64,000 nucleotides of DNA from Armatimonadota bacterium (GTDB lineage: Bacteria; Armatimonadota; UBA10988): NCBI GenBank assembly GCA_016235455.1, contig JACRKZ010000057.1:24269-88268 (forward strand), given 5' to 3'. Below, piece by piece: positions 28,334 to 38,229 of this stretch (positions within the stretch are counted from its first letter, which is position 1; each line of letters begins with the position of its first letter). The translations under genes were made by a program, and so were the position numbers. The notes under the pieces are model-generated. The model searched no databases. It saw only the letters and a program-made list of their open reading frames with translations, and had not been told where the DNA came from.

Positions 28334-28361
28334 GCGGATTCTGCGGGGCTCGGGGCGATGG

Positions 28362-29177
28362 TCAGGCGGACACTTCCACGTCGCCGGCGGCGCCGCGAAT
28401 GGCCTCGGTGAGTCGGGAGGGCTCGGAGATCAAGTCCGAGACGTTCTGGGCCAGGTTCACGAACTCCGAGGGGATCATGATGATCGTCGTCGTGTTCTGC
28501 TCGGTGCCCACTTCACTGAGCATCTGCATGCGGCGCAGTTCGAGCGCGACGGGGCTGTTGCCCATCTCCTTGGCGGCGACCGTCAGCTTCAGCGAGGCCT
28601 CGGCTTCGGCCTCGGCCTTGATCAGGCGGGCTCGCTTCTCGCGGGCGGCCTCTGCTTCCTTGGCCATGGCGCGCTGCATGTTCGGCGGGATCTCGACGTC
28701 CTTCATCTCCACCATCTCGACGGCGACGCCCCACGGGTCGGTGGCTTCGGCGACGATCTGCAAGATGACCTCGTTGATCTTGTCGCGATCGCGCAGCATC
28801 TCGTCGAGCATGTGCTGGCCGATGACGTTGCGCAGCGTGGTCAGCGCCACCTGATAGACCGCCGAGCGGTAGTCGGCGACCTTGATGATGGCCCGCTGCG
28901 GATCGTTGATCTTGTACCACAGCACGGCGTTGACCTTGATCGTCACGCTGTCCTTGGTGATGGTCTCCTGCGGCTCCACGTTGACCGTGTTGGTGCGCAT
29001 GTCGACCTTGCGCTGGGTTTCGATGCCCAGCGGTATGAGCCAGTAGAGGCCTGGCCCGCGAATGCCCGCGAACCGGCCCAGGCGGAAGACCACGCCGCGC
29101 TCATACTCCTGGCAGACCCGCAGGCCGGACAGAGCCACGCCCACGACGCCCAGTAACAGAGCAGCCAACAGTTCCAT
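28362..29177 (-). CDS. SPFH/stomatin (band 7) family protein
   Basis: EYERGVVFRLGR, GPGL, QETITKDSV, TTLRNVIGQ, MQRAMAKEAEAAREKRA, ALELR. Confidence 0.95.
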   Translation of the reverse strand: MELLAALLLGVVGVALSGLRVCQEYERGVVFRLGRFAGIRGPGLYWLIPLGIETQRKVDMRTNTVNVEPQETITKDSVTIKVNAVLWYKINDPQRAIIKVADYRSAVYQVALTTLRNVIGQHMLDEMLRDRDKINEVILQIVAEATDPWGVAVEMVEMKDVEIPPNMQRAMAKEAEAAREKRARLIKAEAEAEASLKLTVAAKEMGNSPVALELRRMQMLSEVGTEQNTTTIIMIPSEFVNLAQNVSDLISEPSRLTEAIRGAAGDVEVSA

Positions 29178-29297
29178 GGCAGATCATCCTTTGTCGACCC
29201 GAACGAACCGGCACAGCGATTCGTGCCCGCGCAGCGCGCGGGTCCAGCCGACTCGTGCTCGTTCGCGCCCGGATGCCGTGGACCTGCTCGGCGCAGG

Positions 29298-30104
29298 CTA
29301 CTTGGTCGGCGCCGAGGGTTTGCTGCTCGATGGCGCGGGTGACTTGGCGGCCGGCGCTGGCGCCTTCTCCGGGGCTGGCGCTGGCGCTGGCGTGGTGCTG
29401 GCGCTGGCGGCTGGCGCGGAGGCGGTCGGCGCGGACGCCGCTGGCGCGGGCGCCTCAGCTTCAGCCTTGGCGGCCAACGGCGCCAGTGAGGCCAGCATGG
29501 TGTCGATGGCCTTCTGCGCGGCGTCACCGGGGGCGAAGCCGGCGAACAGGTAGACCGTGTTGCCATCGCCCAGGCCGGCGATGAAGGTGGCGGTGGCCTG
29601 TTTGAGGCCCAGCGCCGGATAGGCACCCACTGCCCGCAGGGCGAGCGCGCCAGTGATGCCGCCCAGTGGCGGGGCGGTGGCATCGGTGAGCGTCAGGCCG
29701 GCGTCCAGCGACTTGCGCAGGCCGGCCAGGATGGCGGTGGGCGCCTTGGCCGGGTCGGCTTCGCCCAGGTTGGCCTCGGCCACCTTGGCCAGTACCAGCA
29801 GTGGCGTCTCGGCGGCAGCGGTCTGCTCAAGCACCACGGGCTGCGGGTCGCTGGGCAACAGGCTGATCCGGCCTGGCGACTCGCGCCTGGCCCAGCCCTC
29901 GGCCGGCGTGATGCGCAAGCCCAAGTCGGTCAGGTCCAGCGCCGCCAGTGGTGCCGGCGGGGCTGACGGGGCCGAGGCAGTGCTCAGGGAGTCCGGGGTT
30001 GGCATCGGTGCGGGCGCTGTTCTGGCCGCCGGTGGCCGGCAGGCGCTGAGGGCCAGCAGCCCCGCGCAGACCATCGCCCATCGTCCAGCTCGCCTCACAC
30101 GCAT
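29298..30104 (-). CDS. Hypothetical lipoprotein with Ala/Pro-rich linkers
   Basis: Lipobox LLALSAC after a basic N-terminus. Confidence 0.7.
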   Translation of the reverse strand: MRVRRAGRWAMVCAGLLALSACRPPAARTAPAPMPTPDSLSTASAPSAPPAPLAALDLTDLGLRITPAEGWARRESPGRISLLPSDPQPVVLEQTAAAETPLLVLAKVAEANLGEADPAKAPTAILAGLRKSLDAGLTLTDATAPPLGGITGALALRAVGAYPALGLKQATATFIAGLGDGNTVYLFAGFAPGDAAQKAIDTMLASLAPLAAKAEAEAPAPAASAPTASAPAASASTTPAPAPAPEKAPAPAAKSPAPSSSKPSAPTK

Positions 30105-30129
30105 GGTGCCTTGCTCCGTTGGTTGCGCG

Positions 30130-31455
30130 CTAGAATACCACACCCAGCAACGGGCCGTCGGGGTCGGCGAAGCCCTCGGCCGGCTGCTGGCCCGGTAGCC
30201 AGACGATCTGGTCGCCAAGCACCACCAGCGGCACGCGGTCGCGCGCCGGGGCCGGTACTCCCTGCTCCGCCAGCCAGTCGCCCAGCGGCTTGCGCGGTCG
30301 GCCAGCGGGCTGGTAGTGGTCGCCGGGGCGCCGACTGCGCACCGTATAGCGGCCGGCCCGCAGGCAGGCGCACAGCTCGCCAGGGCCGCAGCCCAGACGC
30401 GGCACGCCGGCCGGCAGTGCCGCGCCAAGCTCGACGGGGCCCCACGGCGTTGGCGCGGGCCAGTGGGCCACGGCCAGCCGCGACCCGCACCGCGTGGCGG
30501 TGGCTGCGCCCAGCACTCGCGGCCACGTCAACGGCCGGGCGTCGGCGCGTCCACCGGCCAGCGTGTCCAGCGACTCGACCAGCACGGCATCGACCTCGGC
30601 CAGCGTGCCGCGCCAGCTTCCGAGCCAGGCCCGCAGCAGCAGGTGCCGCTCGGGCTGGGCCATGGCCGACCAGCCCGAGACGTCGAGCACCGCCGCGCCG
30701 AGCCCGGCGATGAAGCTGGCCGGCTCGGGTACTATGCGCCGGCCGTCCAGCAGGAGCTGGCCGTAGTTGTCCAGCGCCTGTCGGTCCAGGTCACAGACGC
30801 CCGCCGCGCGGGCCACGGCCTGCCTGGCGCCGGGTCGGAGCGTCTCCAGCAGCGGCAGCACCTGAGCCCGCACGCGTGCGCGCAGGTTGCCGTCCTGGTT
30901 GGTCGGGTCGTTGACCACGGGCAGCGCGTGGGCGGCGGCATAGGCGGCGAGTTCGGCGCGGGCGCAGTCGAGCAGCGGCCGCGCCAGGCGGCCCGAGCGC
31001 GCCGGCATAGCGCCCAGCCCGCGGGTGCCGGCTCCGCGCAGCAGGTTGAGCAGCAACGTCTCGGCGCGGTCGTCGGCGCTGTGGCCCAGGGTGATGTGCT
31101 CGGCGCCGACCTCGTCGGCGCAGCGGCGCAGGAAGGCATGGCGTTGGTCGCGCGCGCCGGCCTCGTCGTGACACGGCGCGTCGGCGCGCCCCAGGCGCAC
31201 CGGCCAGCCCTGCTGTTCGGCCCAGGCGGCGGTGGCGGCGGCCTCGGCGGCGCTCTCGGGCCGTTGGCCGTGGTCGAAGACGGCGACGGTCAGCCGCCAG
31301 CCGAACTCCGGTGCGAGCCGGCCGAGAAGGTGGAGCAGGCTGAGGCTATCGGCTCCACCGGAGACCGCGACGAGGATGGTGGCGTCGCGCGGCAGCAGGT
31401 GGTACCGGTCGAGGGTGGTGCGAACTCGTGGCAGCAAGTCGAGCGAGTGCGTCAT
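30130..31455 (-). CDS. tilS: tRNA(Ile)-lysidine synthetase
   Basis: VAVSGGADS PP-loop, DHGQR, GHSADDRAETLLLNLLRGAG, RPLL, DPTN, TilS C-terminal RDRVPLV. Confidence 0.93.
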   Translation of the reverse strand: MTHSLDLLPRVRTTLDRYHLLPRDATILVAVSGGADSLSLLHLLGRLAPEFGWRLTVAVFDHGQRPESAAEAAATAAWAEQQGWPVRLGRADAPCHDEAGARDQRHAFLRRCADEVGAEHITLGHSADDRAETLLLNLLRGAGTRGLGAMPARSGRLARPLLDCARAELAAYAAAHALPVVNDPTNQDGNLRARVRAQVLPLLETLRPGARQAVARAAGVCDLDRQALDNYGQLLLDGRRIVPEPASFIAGLGAAVLDVSGWSAMAQPERHLLLRAWLGSWRGTLAEVDAVLVESLDTLAGGRADARPLTWPRVLGAATATRCGSRLAVAHWPAPTPWGPVELGAALPAGVPRLGCGPGELCACLRAGRYTVRSRRPGDHYQPAGRPRKPLGDWLAEQGVPAPARDRVPLVVLGDQIVWLPGQQPAEGFADPDGPLLGVVF

Positions 31456-31485
31456 GCCTACCGTGCTCCGCGCCGACGGGCTGGC

Positions 31486-32625
31486 TCAGGAGCGCCACAG
31501 CCAACGCCGAACGGCCTCGTGGCCGTGGCGTTCGCGGCCCGTGTCGGCCGCCCACAGCTCGGTGAACCGCTCCGGCCCAGCCATGGGCCGGTTGTGGCGA
31601 TAGGCCAGATAGGGCACCGGCTGGTTGACGTGGCGGCGCGATTCCAGAGAGCAAGCGTAGTCGCACAGCACCGTGATGTCCAGGTCGGTGCCGGTGCCCA
31701 CACGCGCCCAGAGCGGCGCCAGGACATAGCGGTCGAGTGCGCTGACCAGGTCGGCGCGCTTCTCGGCATCGCCCGCGTGGGCCAGCGTGTCAGCCGCGCT
31801 GGACTGTGAGATGACCGTCGTGGCATGGTCGAGCCGCGCCACCAGCTCGTCGGCGATGCCGGCCAGCGTACGGCCGGCGGCGGCGCGCGGCGCATTGAGC
31901 CCGCAGGCCCGCGCCACGCCACGCACGGCGTGGTTCTCGCTGATCAGGCTGGTCATCTGGCCGCTGCGCAGCACGAACATCGGCAGTTCGGGCGCACGAC
32001 CCAGGCCCCACGGCCACAGCGCGTCGAGCGAAGGCAGGCCCTGGTCGGCGCGCGCGCGGTTGACGTCGTGGCCAGCCAGCAGCTCGCGCGAAATGTCGAT
32101 GATGCGGCGCACCTCGTGGTCACGCTCGCCCGACGGCAGCTGTGCCTCGGCATCGGTCAGCTCGCCCGGCGGCACGCAGCGAACCTCCATCGGGCCTTCG
32201 TTCCAGACCGCCAGCGCTGTGGTCGGACGCACGCTGCGGATGGCCAGCCGCGGCGTGGAGAGCGCCGCGCTCAGGTCGCGCCACAGCAGCGCCGCGTCGG
32301 CCTCGTCAGGCGGCGTGGGGCGTGGGTCGACCGCGCCTGTCAGGCTGATCAGATCGAGCCGCGCGCCGACATCGCGGCGGTCGAGCGAGGGGCCCGCGCC
32401 AAGCACTTCCAGCGGCCCGCGCGCCAGGCCAACGGGCGAGTAGCCCAGCAGCGCGGCGGTGGTCAGGTCGACGCCGAGTGCCGCCGCGTCGGGCACGGGC
32501 TGCACCAGCCCGACCTCGGACACGCGGGCCATGGCGTCGAGCGTGGGCGTCGAGCCGTGCATGAGCGCGGTGTCCGTGCCGGGCGGCTCGGACAGTCCGC
32601 TGAAGATGAGCAGCACGTGGGCCAC
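31486..32625 (-). CDS. ApgM-like (archaeal-type cofactor-independent phosphoglycerate mutase) protein with a degenerate active site
   Basis: TPTLDAMA, LLGYSP, RGPLE, HDVNRAR, LWPWGLG, DTLAH.GD..K, HVNQPVPY. Confidence 0.75.
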   Translation of the reverse strand: MAHVLLIFSGLSEPPGTDTALMHGSTPTLDAMARVSEVGLVQPVPDAAALGVDLTTAALLGYSPVGLARGPLEVLGAGPSLDRRDVGARLDLISLTGAVDPRPTPPDEADAALLWRDLSAALSTPRLAIRSVRPTTALAVWNEGPMEVRCVPPGELTDAEAQLPSGERDHEVRRIIDISRELLAGHDVNRARADQGLPSLDALWPWGLGRAPELPMFVLRSGQMTSLISENHAVRGVARACGLNAPRAAAGRTLAGIADELVARLDHATTVISQSSAADTLAHAGDAEKRADLVSALDRYVLAPLWARVGTGTDLDITVLCDYACSLESRRHVNQPVPYLAYRHNRPMAGPERFTELWAADTGRERHGHEAVRRWLWRS

Positions 32626-32627
32626 GG

Positions 32628-33518
32628 CTAGATGTCGGTCTGGCCCGTGAGGCGGGTCAGCGCTTCCATGTAGCGCGCACGGGTGATGGCCACCACTTCG
32701 GGCGTGGGCTCGGGACCGGGCGGGGTCTTGTCCCAGGTCAGCGTGTCCAGCCAATCGCGCAGGAACTGCTTGTCCATGGCGCGCTGCGCCTGGCCCGGCG
32801 TGTACTCGTCCACGTCCCAGAAGCGCGAGGAGTCAGGCGTCAGCACCTCGTCGATGAGCGCCAGTTCGCCGTCGATCAGGCCGAACTCGAACTTGGTGTC
32901 GGCGATGATCACGCCGCGCTCGCGAGCGTAGGCCGCGCCGTCGGTGTAGATGGCCAGCGCCGTGTCACGCAACTGCTCCGCGCGCGCCTGGCCCACGATG
33001 GCCACGCAGCGGTCGAAGCTGATGTTCTCGTCGTGCCCTTCGACCGCCTTGGTCGAAGGCGTGAAGATGGCCTCGGGCAGCTGGTCGGACTCGCGCAGGC
33101 CGGCGGGCAGGGCAATGCCACAGACGGTCTGGCTGCGCTGGTATTCCTTCCAGCCGCTACCGGCCAGATAGCCGCGGACGATGCACTCGACGGGCATGGC
33201 CTCGGCCTTCCGGACCCACATCGAGCGGCCCGTCAACGAGTCGCGGCTGGCCTGGAAGGCGGCGGGGAACTGGTTCTCGTCAGCGCTCACGCGATGGTGC
33301 TTGACGCCGGCGGCGGCGAAGCGGTCCAGCCAGAAGTTGGTCAGCGCGGTGAGAATCTTGCCGCGGTCGGGCACCGGCTTGGGCAGCACAACATCGTAGG
33401 CCGACACGCGGTCGGTGGCCACGATGAGCAGATCGTCGCCGAGATTGAAGACATCGCGGACCTTGCCGCGATAGTCGGGCTGACGACCGTCGAGTACGGC
33501 CTCCATCAGACCGGCCAT
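32628..33518 (-). CDS. purC: SAICAR synthetase
   Basis: GKVRD, TDRVSAYDV, VECIVRGYLAGSGW, ADTKFEFG, DEVLTPDSSRFW, DKQFLRDW. Confidence 0.98.
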   Translation of the reverse strand: MAGLMEAVLDGRQPDYRGKVRDVFNLGDDLLIVATDRVSAYDVVLPKPVPDRGKILTALTNFWLDRFAAAGVKHHRVSADENQFPAAFQASRDSLTGRSMWVRKAEAMPVECIVRGYLAGSGWKEYQRSQTVCGIALPAGLRESDQLPEAIFTPSTKAVEGHDENISFDRCVAIVGQARAEQLRDTALAIYTDGAAYARERGVIIADTKFEFGLIDGELALIDEVLTPDSSRFWDVDEYTPGQAQRAMDKQFLRDWLDTLTWDKTPPGPEPTPEVVAITRARYMEALTRLTGQTDI

Positions 33519-33539
33519 GGGTTCACCTCCAGGCAGGGA

Positions 33540-34844
33540 CTAGGCGTCGACGCCGAAGCAGCGGAACACATTGCAGATATCGACCACTTCGTCCAGCCCA
33601 TCCATGGTGGCCAGACTGGCGCGGATGTTGGCCTCGGTGGTGTCGTGGGTTATCCACACCAGCTCGGCCAAGCCGGCCGTGAGGTCGTCGGTGATGCGCG
33701 TCTGCAGCACCTGCGCGATGCTCACGCCGTGGCTGCCGAGGATGCCGGCCAGCTCGGCCAGCACGCCCACGCGGTCGGCCACGCGCATGCGCACGTAGTA
33801 GCTCGACTCGATCTCGTCCACGGTGGCCACGGTGCGGTGGCCCGAGAAGCCCAGCGGATAGCTGCGCTGGCCGCCGCGACCCAGGTTGCGCGCCACGGTG
33901 ATGATGTCGCCGGCCACCGCGGAGCCGGTCGGATCGGCGCCGGCGCCGCGACCATAGAACATGACCTGACCCACCGGTGCCGCCTCGACGAAGATGGCGT
34001 TGAACACGTCGTTGACGTTAGCCAGCGGATGCGTCTCGGGCACCAGGCACGGGCTGACGCGCAATTCCAGCTTCTCGCCGCGGTCCTTGGCCACGGCCAG
34101 CAGCTTGAAGCGGTAGCCGAGGTTGCGCGCCAGGGTGATGTCGGCCGGCGTGATGCTGCTGATGCCCTCGCGACAGACCTGCTCCTCGGAGACGGCGGTG
34201 TCGAAGGCCAGCATGGCCAGAATGGTCAGCTTGTAGGCCGCGTCGTGCCCGTCGATATCGGCCGACGGGTCGGATTCGGCGTAGCCCTTGGCCTGCGCTT
34301 CGGCCAGCAGGTCGTCAAACGCCTGGCCCGAGCGGGTCATGGCGCTCAGGATGTAGTTGGTGGTGCCGTTGATGATGCCTACCACCTGCTTGACACGGTT
34401 GGCGGTGAGGCCGCTGCCCAGCGGCTGGATGATCGGGATGCCGCCGCCGACGCTGCCCTCGAAGGCCAGGTCGACATGGTGCTTGTCGGCCAGGGCAAAC
34501 AGCTCCAGGCCGTGCTTGGCGATCAGCTCCTTGTTGGCGGTGACCACGCTCTTGCCGGCGCTGAGCGCGGCAATCACGGCTTCGCGAGCGATGCCCACGC
34601 CGCCGATCACCTCGACCACCACATCGATGTCGTCGGCCGTGGCGACGGCCATCGTATCGGTTGTGAGTTCCAGGTCGGTCGTGTCGACCGCGCGATGACG
34701 CTCGGTGTCACGTACCGCGGCGCGCACGGGCAAAAGCTCGGCGCCGACGCGCCGCGCGATGGCCTCGCGCTCGGCAGTCAGCGCGGCCAACGCGCCGCTG
34801 CCCACCGTACCTAGACCCAGGAAACCGATGCGAATGGTCTTCAA
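33540..34844 (-). CDS. hom: Homoserine dehydrogenase with C-terminal ACT domain
   Basis: GLGTVG, VVTANK, FEGSVGGGIP, NGTTNYIL, GYAESDP..DIDG.DAA.K, GRGAG; ACT DRVGVLA. Confidence 0.97.
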   Translation of the reverse strand: MKTIRIGFLGLGTVGSGALAALTAEREAIARRVGAELLPVRAAVRDTERHRAVDTTDLELTTDTMAVATADDIDVVVEVIGGVGIAREAVIAALSAGKSVVTANKELIAKHGLELFALADKHHVDLAFEGSVGGGIPIIQPLGSGLTANRVKQVVGIINGTTNYILSAMTRSGQAFDDLLAEAQAKGYAESDPSADIDGHDAAYKLTILAMLAFDTAVSEEQVCREGISSITPADITLARNLGYRFKLLAVAKDRGEKLELRVSPCLVPETHPLANVNDVFNAIFVEAAPVGQVMFYGRGAGADPTGSAVAGDIITVARNLGRGGQRSYPLGFSGHRTVATVDEIESSYYVRMRVADRVGVLAELAGILGSHGVSIAQVLQTRITDDLTAGLAELVWITHDTTEANIRASLATMDGLDEVVDICNVFRCFGVDA

Positions 34845-35290
34845 CCCACATCCTCCAACGGCTCGAACTCCATCAACACTTCGCCGGTGACCACCAACTG
34901 CTCGTTGGCCGCCACCACGCGCGACAGCCGGCCATGGAAGCCAACGGGGATCTCGTTGAAGATCTTCATGGCTTCGATGAGGCAGGCCACGTCGTCGGGC
35001 TCGACCACGTCGCCAACCTGCACAAAGACCGGCTCGCTGGGCGAGGGCGACCGATAGAACACGCCGGTGATCGGCGATCTGAGGCGCAGCAGGTGGCTGG
35101 TGTCTTCGACGGCTTCGCCCCCCGGGCCCGCGCCGGCCGCGACCAGGGCGCCGGCCACAGGCCGCGCCGACGGCACGGAGGTGATGCTCACCTCGGCGTC
35201 GTCTTCGGTCACGCTCAGGCCTTCGAGCCCGTGGCGTTCCACGATCTCGATCAGCCGTCGCACCTCGGTCAGGTCTACCAATGGGTCCAT
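34841..35290 (-). CDS. accB: Biotin carboxyl carrier protein
   Basis: SPITGVFYRSPSP, IEAMKIFNEI biotinylation motif. Confidence 0.93.
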   Translation of the reverse strand: MDPLVDLTEVRRLIEIVERHGLEGLSVTEDDAEVSITSVPSARPVAGALVAAGAGPGGEAVEDTSHLLRLRSPITGVFYRSPSPSEPVFVQVGDVVEPDDVACLIEAMKIFNEIPVGFHGRLSRVVAANEQLVVTGEVLMEFEPLEDVG

Positions 35291-35586
35291 CCGCCTGCCA
35301 ATCCGTCCCGCGTGTGGCCCCAAAGGGCCGCCTGCCGCGATCCGTCGAGTGTACGGCACGGCCCCCGGCCGGTCAACCCCGGCCGGTTGGCGGCTGCACG
35401 GCTGACGGCGGTGCGAGGCGTGAGTTCGGGGGGCGGTGCGCTCCGTCGGACTGGTCCGAGACAGCGACCGAGACGACGACGCGTGCGTCTCCAACCACAG
35501 GCGTGGCTGCGCGCTCCATTCAACCCAACGCTACCGCAGCCTGCCCGGTGCGCATACCGGGTTATACTGAACGCGGAGGATACGTC

Positions 35587-38229
35587 TTGGTCCGAGAACC
35601 CGCGGGTAGTCTGGAACAGCGCCTGGCCGAGGAAGTGCTGCCGCTGGTCGGCAAGCCATCACGCTACCTGGGCACCGAGCTCAACAGCGTACACAAGGAT
35701 CCCGCGCGCACGACGTTGCGTGCGGTGCTGGCGTTCCCGGACAGCTACGACCTGGGCCTGGGCAACCTGGGTCTGCAGATCCTGTATGGCATCCTCAACA
35801 GCCGGCCCGAGATCTGGTGTGAGCGTGTCTGCGCGCCGCACGGCGACCTGGAGCAGGTGTTGCGCGCCAAGGGGCTGCCGCTCTTCTCGCTGGAGAGCAA
35901 GCGCCCGCTGCACGCCTTCGATCTGGTCGGCTTCACGCTGCAGTGGGAACTGACCTACACCAATCTGCTCAACATGCTCGACCTGGGCGGCATTCCGGTG
36001 CTGGCCAGCGAGCGCGGCGACGAGCACCCCATCGTGGTGGCCGGCGGACCGTGCTCTCACAACCCCGAGCCGCTGGCGCTGTTCATCGATGCGTTCGTCA
36101 TCGGCGACGGCGAGGAGGTGGTGCTGGAGGTGGCCGACGCGGTGGCCGCGCGGGGTGGACGCGAAGCCGTCCTCGACCGGCTGGCCGCGCTGCCGGGCGT
36201 GTATGTGCCCTCACGCTTCCCCGAGCCGGTGCTGGTCGGCGACTGGCTGACGCCGGCGCCGGGCGCGCCGCGGGTGACCAAACGCGTGGTGCGCGACCTC
36301 GATGCGGCGCCGTTCCAGGCGCGGCAGATTGTGCCGTTTGCCGAGCAGATCCACGACCGCGTGAGCATCGAAGTGCTGCGCGGCTGCACCCATGGCTGTC
36401 GCTTCTGCCAGGCCGGCATGGTCACGCGGCCCGTGCGCGAGCGCTCGCTGCCCACGCTGGCGCGGCTGCAAACCGAGGCCATGGCCGCCACCGGCTACGA
36501 GGAGGTGTCGCTGGTCTCGCTCTCCACCTGCGACCACAGCCGCGCGCGGTCGCTGGCGCGGCAGGCGGTGGAACTCGCCACGCCCGACCACATCACCGTC
36601 AGCCTGCCGTCGCTGCGGCTGGACAGCTACAGCGTCGACCTGTCGGCCCAAGTGGGCTCGGCGCGCAAGAGCGGGTTGACCTTCGCTCCCGAAGCTGCCA
36701 CCGACCGGTTGCGCGCGGTGATCAACAAGCCCATCGGCGACGAGGAACTGCTGGCCACGGCCGACGCCTGCTATCGCCGCGGCTTTGAGTCCATCAAGCT
36801 GTATTTCATGATCGGCCTGCCCACCGAGACCGACGAGGACGTGCTGGCCATCGGCGATCTGGCGACGCGTGTGTTCCGGCTCGGCCAGAGCCTGAACCGC
36901 CGCGCCAAGGTCAACCTCGGTGTGAGCACCTTCGTGCCCAAGCCCTGGACGCCGTTCCAGTGGGCGGCGCAGATCGGTGGCGAGGAGACCATTCGCCGGC
37001 AGCGGCTGCTGCGTGGCGTCCTGCCCAAGGCAGTCAAGTTTGGCCGCCACGACGCCATGGCCTCGCACCTGGAGGGGCTCATTGGCCGCCTCGACCGCCG
37101 CGGCGGCTGGCTGCTCTACTGGGCCTGGCAAGAGGGCTGCCGCATGGACGGCTGGACCGAACTGCTGGACGGCGACGCCTGGGACCGCGCCATCGGCCGC
37201 TGGGAGAGCGAGTTCGGCGTGACCGTGGCCCAGGCTCAAGGCGAACGTGACCTCGCGCAGCCGTTGCCCTGGGACCATCTCGATGTGCTGGTCGACCGCG
37301 ATTGGCTGGTGAACGACTGGCACCGCGCGCTGGCCGGCGAGTGCGAGCGCGACTGCCGCCAGGAAGGCTGCCATCGCTGTGGTGTCATCGGCGCCGAGCC
37401 CAAGGCCTGCGCCACCATGCTGGCCACCTCGCGCGATGGCGTCGCGGCCGAGGCCGAACTGCCCTCCACCCGGCCGCCGCGCTGGACCGAGCCCGATCCC
37501 ATCGGCAAAATCCGCTTCCGCTGGCGGCGCGAGGGGCTGGCCCGCCTGACCAGCCACCATGAGGTACTCAACGTCTTCATCCGCGCCATGCGCCGCGCGG
37601 GCGTGCCGATGCGCTACAGCGAAGGCTTCCATCCGCACGCTTCGCTGAGCTTCGTCACGGCCTTGCGCGTGGGCATGGAGACCGAGGGCGACTGGTGCGA
37701 TGTGATCGTCACCGAAGCTATGAGCCCCAATGAGTTCGTCACCAAGGTGGACGCCGAGTTGCCTGAGGGCTTCGGCATCACGCGGGCCTGGGCGGTGCCT
37801 ATGGAGACGCCCGCGCTCATGGCCACCTACAAGGCGGCGCGCTACGTGGCGCATGTGCCGCTCGACCTGGCCGGCGACGTGCCCGACAGCCGCGCCGCCG
37901 AACTGCTGGCCGGCGACGAGGTCATCGTCTCGCGACGCGGGAAGGATCGCGACCGCATCGTGTTCCGCCCGCTCAATATCCGCTCGATGATCCGCAGTCT
38001 GTCGATGACGACCGCGTCGGACGGCAGCAAGATGATCGCCATGGAACTGGTGCCCGACGCCCAGGACCGGCTGCCCAAGGCCGACGAGGTGGTGGCCGCG
38101 CTGTTCCGGCTCGATGCCGAGGCGCTGGCCCGGGTCGGGTTCCGCAAGCTCGCCAGCTACTTGGTGCGTGGCGACTCGCTCGAAGAGCCGCAGCCGCCCA
38201 CGGGCGGGCTGGTCGGAGGTGGTAGCTAG
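35587..38229 (+). CDS. TIGR03960-type radical SAM protein fused to a TIGR03936/DUF2344-like domain
   Basis: KPSRYLG.ELNS, AFPDSYDLG, RGCTHGCRFCQAG, TFAPEA, YFMIGLPTET, FVPKPWTPFQW; C-terminal YSEGFHPH; GGAGG SD and TATACT upstream. Confidence 0.9.
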   Translation: MVREPAGSLEQRLAEEVLPLVGKPSRYLGTELNSVHKDPARTTLRAVLAFPDSYDLGLGNLGLQILYGILNSRPEIWCERVCAPHGDLEQVLRAKGLPLFSLESKRPLHAFDLVGFTLQWELTYTNLLNMLDLGGIPVLASERGDEHPIVVAGGPCSHNPEPLALFIDAFVIGDGEEVVLEVADAVAARGGREAVLDRLAALPGVYVPSRFPEPVLVGDWLTPAPGAPRVTKRVVRDLDAAPFQARQIVPFAEQIHDRVSIEVLRGCTHGCRFCQAGMVTRPVRERSLPTLARLQTEAMAATGYEEVSLVSLSTCDHSRARSLARQAVELATPDHITVSLPSLRLDSYSVDLSAQVGSARKSGLTFAPEAATDRLRAVINKPIGDEELLATADACYRRGFESIKLYFMIGLPTETDEDVLAIGDLATRVFRLGQSLNRRAKVNLGVSTFVPKPWTPFQWAAQIGGEETIRRQRLLRGVLPKAVKFGRHDAMASHLEGLIGRLDRRGGWLLYWAWQEGCRMDGWTELLDGDAWDRAIGRWESEFGVTVAQAQGERDLAQPLPWDHLDVLVDRDWLVNDWHRALAGECERDCRQEGCHRCGVIGAEPKACATMLATSRDGVAAEAELPSTRPPRWTEPDPIGKIRFRWRREGLARLTSHHEVLNVFIRAMRRAGVPMRYSEGFHPHASLSFVTALRVGMETEGDWCDVIVTEAMSPNEFVTKVDAELPEGFGITRAWAVPMETPALMATYKAARYVAHVPLDLAGDVPDSRAAELLAGDEVIVSRRGKDRDRIVFRPLNIRSMIRSLSMTTASDGSKMIAMELVPDAQDRLPKADEVVAALFRLDAEALARVGFRKLASYLVRGDSLEEPQPPTGGLVGGGS

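Noticed and set aside
35291-35586. ncRNA in the 300-bp accB / radical SAM intergenic region
   Set aside because: Only short GC stems and no recognisable RNA family motif; consistent with divergent promoters.
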